DNA of 64,000 nt, from the NCBI GenBank assembly GCA_963703315.1, contig OY969811.1, forward strand, positions 672,001-736,000, written 5' to 3'. This DNA comes from an uncultured cyanobacterium (lineage in GTDB: Bacteria; Cyanobacteriota; Cyanobacteriia; Pseudanabaenales; Pseudanabaenaceae). How positions within the stretch are numbered: the first letter of the stretch is position 1; each line of letters begins with the position of its first letter. The notes beneath the pieces were generated by a model that saw nothing but the letters and a program-made list of their open reading frames with translations, did no database searches and was not told the origin of the DNA. Shown piece after piece: positions 58,548 to 64,000 of this stretch. Made by a program: the position numbers and the translations under genes.

Positions 58548-59498
58548 ATGAGCAAAACTCAGGCGATCTTCCATCAACTTGCAGAGCAACTGAGCCATGT
58601 AGTTTTTGGACAATCTGTACTTGTCAATCAGTTACTGATTGCACTTCTATCTAGCGGTCATGTGATTCTTGAAGGTGTACCCGGAACTGGCAAGACCCTT
58701 ACAGTTAAAGTTCTCGCCAAACTTTTACAGGCAGAATTTCGGCGTATTCAACTGACTCCAGATATTCTGCCATCAGATATTCTGGGTACGAATATTTTTG
58801 ATCTCAACACTCGCAAGTTCGTCCTCAAAAAAGGTCCGATTTTTACCCAGATTCTATTAACGGATGAGATTAATCGCACACCACCAAAGACACAGGCGGC
58901 TTTATTAGAGGCAATGGAAGAGCGTCAAGTTACTCTTGATGGAGAAAGTTTGCCCCTGTCGGAACTATTCTGGACGATCGCTACACAAAATTCTCTAGAG
59001 TTTGAAGGTACTTATCCTTTGCCAGAAGCTCAGTTGGATCGCTTTCTATTTAAATTAATTGTGAACTATCCCGATCCTGTCGCGGAGAAGCAGATGTTGT
59101 TAGGTAGTCATACAGGCGGGCATAACAATCGTAATAATTTAGCAGAATTGAAGGCGATCGCTACGGTTGAGCAATGTTTGCAAGCACAGCAGGAAGTCCG
59201 CGCTGTTAATATTCATGAATCGGTAATTGATTACCTATTAGCACTGGTTGAGCGGACAAGGCGACATCCTGATTTATCGCTAGGTGCTTCCCCAAGGGCA
59301 GCAGTTGCTTGGTTGTTGGCTAGTAAAGCCTCTGCTTGGCTAGCGGAACGAGAGTTTGTTACTCCCGATGATATCAAGGCAGTTGCGCCGCCTCTATTGC
59401 GTCACCGTCTGATTTTGCGCCCTGAAGCACAATTAGATGGAGTATCAGTTGATCCAGTCATTCAATCCCTTCTCAATCAGGTTCCTGTGCCAAGATGA
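58548..59498 (+). CDS. MoxR-family AAA+ ATPase
   Basis: LEGVPGTGKT, RIQLTPD, DEINR.PPKTQAALLEAMEE, GTYPLPEAQLDRF and GASPR motifs. Confidence 0.95.
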   Translation: MSKTQAIFHQLAEQLSHVVFGQSVLVNQLLIALLSSGHVILEGVPGTGKTLTVKVLAKLLQAEFRRIQLTPDILPSDILGTNIFDLNTRKFVLKKGPIFTQILLTDEINRTPPKTQAALLEAMEERQVTLDGESLPLSELFWTIATQNSLEFEGTYPLPEAQLDRFLFKLIVNYPDPVAEKQMLLGSHTGGHNNRNNLAELKAIATVEQCLQAQQEVRAVNIHESVIDYLLALVERTRRHPDLSLGASPRAAVAWLLASKASAWLAEREFVTPDDIKAVAPPLLRHRLILRPEAQLDGVSVDPVIQSLLNQVPVPR

Positions 59499-60826
59499 TT
59501 CCTACAAGCCGTACCTATTTACTTTTGCTGTTGGGTGGGGCGATCGCCACAATGGCGGCAGCGATCGCAGGAACAGATACGCGATCGCAAGTATCTATCG
59601 CAATCTTAATCCTGTGGAATCTAACGCTTTTAATCCTAGTTTGGCTGGATGCCAGACGAATCAAGCCTGTGACTGTCCTGCGTCAGCCTCTGTCCCGTTT
59701 ATCGATTGGACGCGATAACCCTGTGACGGTTACAGTTGCGGGTAGAAGTGGCGATCGGGTACAGATTCGGGATGGATTTCCTGCTGATTTCCAAGTCAGT
59801 CATAGTCAACTTGAGGTAGTTCTAGAGAATATTGCTAGTCAAGATCTGATCTATACAGTCAAGCCCTTTGCGCGTGGAGAATACCATTGGCAAGATTTAC
59901 AGATCCGTCAAATTGGACAGTGGGGGCTAGCATGGCGATTTTGGAAGGTTGCCGCGAAAGAAACGATCGCTGTTTATCCAGATTTGCTGCTATTGCGATC
60001 GCTCTCTATTAAGTTAGCATTGCAATCTACAGGCACAATGGAATCACGCCGCCGTTTGGGAATCGGCACTGAGTTTTCGGAACTTAGGGAATATAATGCG
60101 GGTGATGATTTGCGGCTAGTGGATTGGAAAGCAACGGCAAGACGTAGCCGCCCGATGGTGCGGGTTCTTGAACCTGAACATGAGCAAACTCTGATTATTC
60201 TGCTGGATCGAGGACGGTTAATGACGGCAAAGATTCAAGGGATGACGCGCTTTGATTTTGGGATGAATGCTGCCCTTGGTTTAGCTTTGGCAGGAATTAG
60301 TCGGGGCGATCGCGTGGGGATTGGTGTATTTGACCGCAAGATGCATACTTGGATTCCCCCAGAACGGGGTCAGCACCAAATGGCAAAATTTATTGAACGC
60401 CTCACCCCAATTCAACCTGAGTTACTGGAACCCGATTATGTCAATGCGGTGACTACGGTTGTCCAGCAGCAAATTCGTCGCGCCCTTGTGGTCGTAATTA
60501 CGGATATTGTGGATGCAGTGGCTTCAGCAGAGCTATTGCTAGCCTTAGCGAGACTAAGACCACGCTATCTACCTTTTTGTGTGACCTTGCGCGATCCTGA
60601 TGTCGATCGCCTTGCCCATACTGCTACTGCATTGGCTGCAAGTCCCGATAAAGCGATCGCGGCTTCCTATAGTCGGGCTGTGGCTTTAGATTTAATTGCT
60701 CAGCGCGAATTTGCCTTTGCATCGCTCAAGCAAAAGGGGGTATTAGTTTTGGATGCACCTGCAAATCAAGTGGGTGAAGAATTAGTCAATCGCTATCTAA
60801 TGTTGAAATTAAAAAATCAACTTTAA
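59495..60826 (+). CDS. DUF58 (vWA-like) MoxR partner
   Basis: GTEFSELREY..GDD.R.VDWKATAR and LLDRGRLM motifs; coupled to the MoxR gene. Confidence 0.92.
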   Translation: MIPTSRTYLLLLLGGAIATMAAAIAGTDTRSQVSIAILILWNLTLLILVWLDARRIKPVTVLRQPLSRLSIGRDNPVTVTVAGRSGDRVQIRDGFPADFQVSHSQLEVVLENIASQDLIYTVKPFARGEYHWQDLQIRQIGQWGLAWRFWKVAAKETIAVYPDLLLLRSLSIKLALQSTGTMESRRRLGIGTEFSELREYNAGDDLRLVDWKATARRSRPMVRVLEPEHEQTLIILLDRGRLMTAKIQGMTRFDFGMNAALGLALAGISRGDRVGIGVFDRKMHTWIPPERGQHQMAKFIERLTPIQPELLEPDYVNAVTTVVQQQIRRALVVVITDIVDAVASAELLLALARLRPRYLPFCVTLRDPDVDRLAHTATALAASPDKAIAASYSRAVALDLIAQREFAFASLKQKGVLVLDAPANQVGEELVNRYLMLKLKNQL

Positions 60827-60890
60827 ATTCCCTGATTTTTTTAGAACTTATGCAAAAGATGGGAGCGGCACTTCCATCTTTTCAGTTATA

Positions 60891-61041
60891 TAGGACTTAC
60901 GCAAACCAACCAAGAACTAAAGTTCTTGGCTCAAAGCTAAAGTCAGCTAAAGCGGACTAAAAAGCGCCATCCGATCAACCCGTTTCAACGGGTTTAAGCT
61001 TTCAGCCCGTAATTTATTACAGGGCTATTGCGTAAGTCCTA
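60891..61041. mobile_element. Family C MITE (TIR TAGGACTTACGCAA) enclosing a cluster of short REP-like hairpins
   Basis: Same TIR as 34682-34775 with an unrelated interior (ccaagaac..gttcttgg; aacccgtttcaacgggtt; gccc..gggc). Confidence 0.85.
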
Positions 61042-61099
61042 TTATAGTTATATGAAGTGTTAGTTCACTGGAGTGAATTGCTATTAGGAGGATTCAGTC

Positions 61100-61675
61100 A
61101 TGATTGTTGCAAATCCTTTGTTTACACTTGCGGAATATCTTGCTTACGATGATGGAACAGATACGCGCTACGAATTAGTTAACGGAGAGTTAGTGGCGAT
61201 GGCACAGCCTACGGGAATTCATGGAGGGATGAGTGAGTTTGTCAATGATTCCTTCCGTTTGGAGATTCAACGTTTACAATTGCCGTTGATCTCTAAGCAG
61301 GATTTGATTGCGGTACAAACAGGGCTAGTGCGTGGCAAAATTACTTGTCGAGTTCCTGATGTAGTGGTGATTACATCGGAGCAATGGCAAGAAATGCGAT
61401 TTCGAGAAGCCGTGTTAACTGATTCTGTGCCTTTATTAGTAGTAGAAATCGTGAGCGATAGTACCCGTAATATCGACTATCGAAAGAAAAGGGCTGAATA
61501 CAATGCGATCGAGATTCCTGAATATTGGATTATCGATTTTAGCGATCGCAAGGTAACGATTTTACTGCTCGAAGATGGGCTATATGAAGAAATAGTTTAT
61601 CGAGGAGATGAGCCTATTAAATCTTTGCTGTTTCCAGAATTACGGTTAACACCAGAGCAGATTTTCAATGTTTGA
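61100..61675 (+). CDS. Uma2 family endonuclease
   Basis: [20 protein letters not shown] and DY..KR.EY...IPEYWIID motifs. Confidence 0.93.
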   Translation: MIVANPLFTLAEYLAYDDGTDTRYELVNGELVAMAQPTGIHGGMSEFVNDSFRLEIQRLQLPLISKQDLIAVQTGLVRGKITCRVPDVVVITSEQWQEMRFREAVLTDSVPLLVVEIVSDSTRNIDYRKKRAEYNAIEIPEYWIIDFSDRKVTILLLEDGLYEEIVYRGDEPIKSLLFPELRLTPEQIFNV

Positions 61676-61677
61676 AG

Positions 61678-61746
61678 TTATACCAAAACTAAAAATGGCG
61701 TAGCCATTTTTAGTTTTAAAAACCCTTACTGGGTTTGGTTTTTAAT
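61678..61746. repeat. Family D repeat overlapping the SpoIIM-family gene 3' end
   Basis: taccaaaactaaaaatggc gta gccatttttagtttt aaaaacccttactgggtttggtttttaat. Confidence 0.8.
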
Positions 61747-62715
61747 GTCGGGCTTTTGATTAACTGGTGGACGGTTTTGGAAATAGGCAAGTAAAGCCCA
61801 TAATAATAGTGTTCCAATTAAGTATTTTAGAGGTGCAGGTACAGCAGGATTTGGAGATAAGAAGCCCTCGATCGCACCTGCGATTAACAACAAAGGAACA
61901 ACTCCAAACATTAATCGAGCAGCTTGATTTCCATAAATTTTAAAAGCATCCACACGGCGATATTCTCCGGGGAAAAGTAATGCTTTGGCAATCAGTAAAC
62001 CTGCCCCTCCTGACAAGAAAATGGCGGGTAACTCTAGCGCCCCATGTGGAAACACGAATGCCCAGAAAGGAAATGCCAAACCATGTTGCTGGACTAAAGC
62101 GCCGATCGCTCCTATTAAAACTCCATTAAAAAATAGAACATAAGCCGTCAATAAACCACCCGTAATTCCTCCTGCCACAGTACGGAAGCAGACGCTCATA
62201 TTGTTAATGGCAATACCACTGGAAGCGAGAGGTTCGGAGCCTAAAATGGAACCCATCCATAGTTCGCCGCGATCGCGTACTAAAGAAATTAAGCGCTCAG
62301 GAACCACTAGTGCTAAAAACGATGGGTCGTGCCAAGCAAACCACCAAGCTATCAATGCCCCAACTACAAAGAGTCCTGTGGCGATCGCGATATAGGCTCT
62401 TGACTGATAGACGACTGTAGGAAATCCCCAGATATAAAAGGCTAGGGCAGCCCGCCATTCTTGTTTACGAGATCCTTGATAGATTTGGCTATAGCTGCGA
62501 GAAGTTAAGGTTTGTAAATGTTGGATAATCGTTTCACCTAGCTGATGAGTCTTCGCTCGCGCCAGATCGGCAGAAACCGAACGATAGAGACTGGCAAGTA
62601 ACGCAATCTCATCAGCTTTTAGGGATTTTAGTCCTTTAGTTTCTAAGCGTTTTAATAGAGCTTCTAGTTTTTGCCACTGAGTCTCACGCCTTGCAATCCA
62701 ACGTTGTACATCCAT
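61726..62715 (-). CDS. Stage II sporulation protein M (SpoIIM/DUF95) family membrane protein
   Basis: W..LE, LYR..ADLA, INN, FNG, PHG.LEL and A.IEGF.SP motifs. Confidence 0.9.
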   Translation of the reverse strand: MDVQRWIARRETQWQKLEALLKRLETKGLKSLKADEIALLASLYRSVSADLARAKTHQLGETIIQHLQTLTSRSYSQIYQGSRKQEWRAALAFYIWGFPTVVYQSRAYIAIATGLFVVGALIAWWFAWHDPSFLALVVPERLISLVRDRGELWMGSILGSEPLASSGIAINNMSVCFRTVAGGITGGLLTAYVLFFNGVLIGAIGALVQQHGLAFPFWAFVFPHGALELPAIFLSGGAGLLIAKALLFPGEYRRVDAFKIYGNQAARLMFGVVPLLLIAGAIEGFLSPNPAVPAPLKYLIGTLLLWALLAYFQNRPPVNQKPDIKNQTQ

Positions 62716-62777
62716 AGTCTTGAATTAGCTGCAAATCTAGGTTAGCCTAAATCAACTGCGAAATTAGAGGTTTTCCC

Positions 62778-63698
62778 ATGAGTCGCGCTCCCCTTCGCCC
62801 CCTGAGTATCGGTAATGTGGTTAGCACAGGGCTAGTGCTGTACCGTTCTAATTTGAAAACTTACTTTGGTATTGCATTGCGTGCCTATCTTTGGATCATT
62901 TTGCCATTGGTACTGTTAGGTGTAGCGAGTGGAATGTTTCTGATGAGTCGGCAATATCCTTGGGGTTTACTAGCGATCTCCCTAATCTTACTACTGGGAG
63001 GAATCGGTAAATATTTGACGAACTCAGCCCTAATTTCGCGACTTGCTTATCAAGACTTAATCGGCAAACCTGAAACCGAAAGTAAAGCCCGTCAGTATAT
63101 TGATCCTAAGCTTTGGACTTTCTGGTGGGTATCTATTCTAGTGGGGTTTCAACTTTTGCTTATTTATATACTTGCAGCGATCGCAGTAGGTATTGTAGCG
63201 ACAGTTTTAGGATTCATTTTGCGGACTTTACTTGGTCCGATACTTGCAGGATATCTCATTGTCGTCATAGTTGGTTTAGGAGTCTCCATCATTCTGTCAT
63301 GGTACTTTGCTCGTTGGATGATTGCCGAAGTTCCGCTAGCGATCGAAAGTAATTTAACTGCAATGGAAAGCATTAAACGTAGTTGGGAGTTAACTCAAAA
63401 TTCAGCGCTCCGAGTCCAAGGGATTGTGTTAATAGCATTTTTGGTGACGATTCCGATTACGGCTTTAACTAACTATGCGCCACAGTTTCTATTTGCACGG
63501 GCAGTACCAGGATCGGCTCTGTTTTGGATTGGTACGGCGGTTTCCTTTGTTTTCAGTCTATTAGGATCAGTTTTGATACTTCCACTTTGGCAAACAATCA
63601 AAGCCGCAATCTACTATGATTTGCGAACACGCCGTGAAGGATTAGATATCAAATTGCGTCAAGGTAGAGATAGTAGCGATGATAATGATTTTATCTAG
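62778..63698 (+). CDS. Membrane protein of the MoxR/DUF58/RDD cluster
   Basis: LRPLSIG, AI.RSWEL and YYDLR.R.EGLD motifs; several TM helices. Confidence 0.75.
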   Translation: MSRAPLRPLSIGNVVSTGLVLYRSNLKTYFGIALRAYLWIILPLVLLGVASGMFLMSRQYPWGLLAISLILLLGGIGKYLTNSALISRLAYQDLIGKPETESKARQYIDPKLWTFWWVSILVGFQLLLIYILAAIAVGIVATVLGFILRTLLGPILAGYLIVVIVGLGVSIILSWYFARWMIAEVPLAIESNLTAMESIKRSWELTQNSALRVQGIVLIAFLVTIPITALTNYAPQFLFARAVPGSALFWIGTAVSFVFSLLGSVLILPLWQTIKAAIYYDLRTRREGLDIKLRQGRDSSDDNDFI

Positions 63699-63709
63699 AC
63701 AAATAATCC

Positions 63710-64000
63710 ATGAGTCTTTTTAATAAAATTACGCTACAAACTCCCGAAAGTGTCGAACTGGAGTTCACCCTTGCAGGAATTGGCAATCGAACCCAAGCCC
63801 TGTTAGTTGACTATGTTTTACTAGGAGGGGCGATCGCCCTTGTCATATTTACTGGATCAATCTTGTTCACGCAGTTTGACGCTGTGTTAAGAAAGTGGTA
63901 CTTAGCGATCGCCTTATTAGTTACCTTTAGTATTTTTGTCGGTTATTTCATCTTTTTTGAAACCCTGTGGCAAGGACAAACCCCTGGTAAGCGCTATGCC
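63710..64000 (+). CDS. RDD family protein, 5' part (runs off the window; absent from the ORF track)
   Basis: Hand translation MSLFNKITLQTPESVELEFTLAGIGNRTQALLVDY..GYFIFFETLWQGQTPGKR. Confidence 0.9.
   Translation, partial: MSLFNKITLQTPESVELEFTLAGIGNRTQALLVDYVLLGGAIALVIFTGSILFTQFDAVLRKWYLAIALLVTFSIFVGYFIFFETLWQGQTPGKRYA

Larger units (their letters stand above)
1..64000. repeat. HIP1 octamer GCGATCGC, highly iterated throughout
   Basis: Very frequent in coding and non-coding DNA, e.g. five copies within 34160-34410. Confidence 0.95.

Noticed and set aside
58548..59498. MoxR as the CIS ATPase (Afp15)
   Set aside because: Motifs are MoxR-proper and it is coupled to DUF58 within the common SpoIIM/RDD cluster; Afp15 is a different AAA+ clade.
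1..64000. CRISPR array, tRNA or rRNA
   Set aside because: Repeats are dispersed palindromes without a repeat-spacer period; I recognised no tRNA cloverleaf or rRNA sequence.

Overview
This is a 64 kb chromosomal segment of a beta-cyanobacterium. HIP1 (GCGATCGC) is very dense, and the gene content and protein style suggest a Pseudanabaena-like lineage (inference only). Most of the window is housekeeping: a class I DAHP synthase, aroB, infC, holA, dnaB with a 151-aa mini-intein, bioF, rpaB, an hli gene missed by the ORF track, lspA, a probable mcdAB pair, rbp, dus, rdgB, a ClC channel, an SLH porin, nblB and hom. Notable items: (1) a GUN4 domain that appears split in two, with its N-half on a Pepco-like protein and its C-half on the adjacent Hpt protein (36.9-38.8 kb); (2) a partial contractile injection system (DUF4255 cap, NarL regulator, sheath, three tubes, tail chaperone) that ends at a repeat before a MoxR/DUF58/SpoIIM/RDD cluster; (3) several families of TA-flanked, ~100 bp hairpin MITE/REP-like elements in most intergenic spaces, one visibly inserted into an older palindrome; (4) two apparent pseudo-enzymes (M50 protease-like and RNase R-like); (5) a DXCF cyanobacteriochrome hybrid kinase. 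I found no rRNA, tRNA, CRISPR array or intact transposase. All family calls are by eye from motifs; no searches were run.
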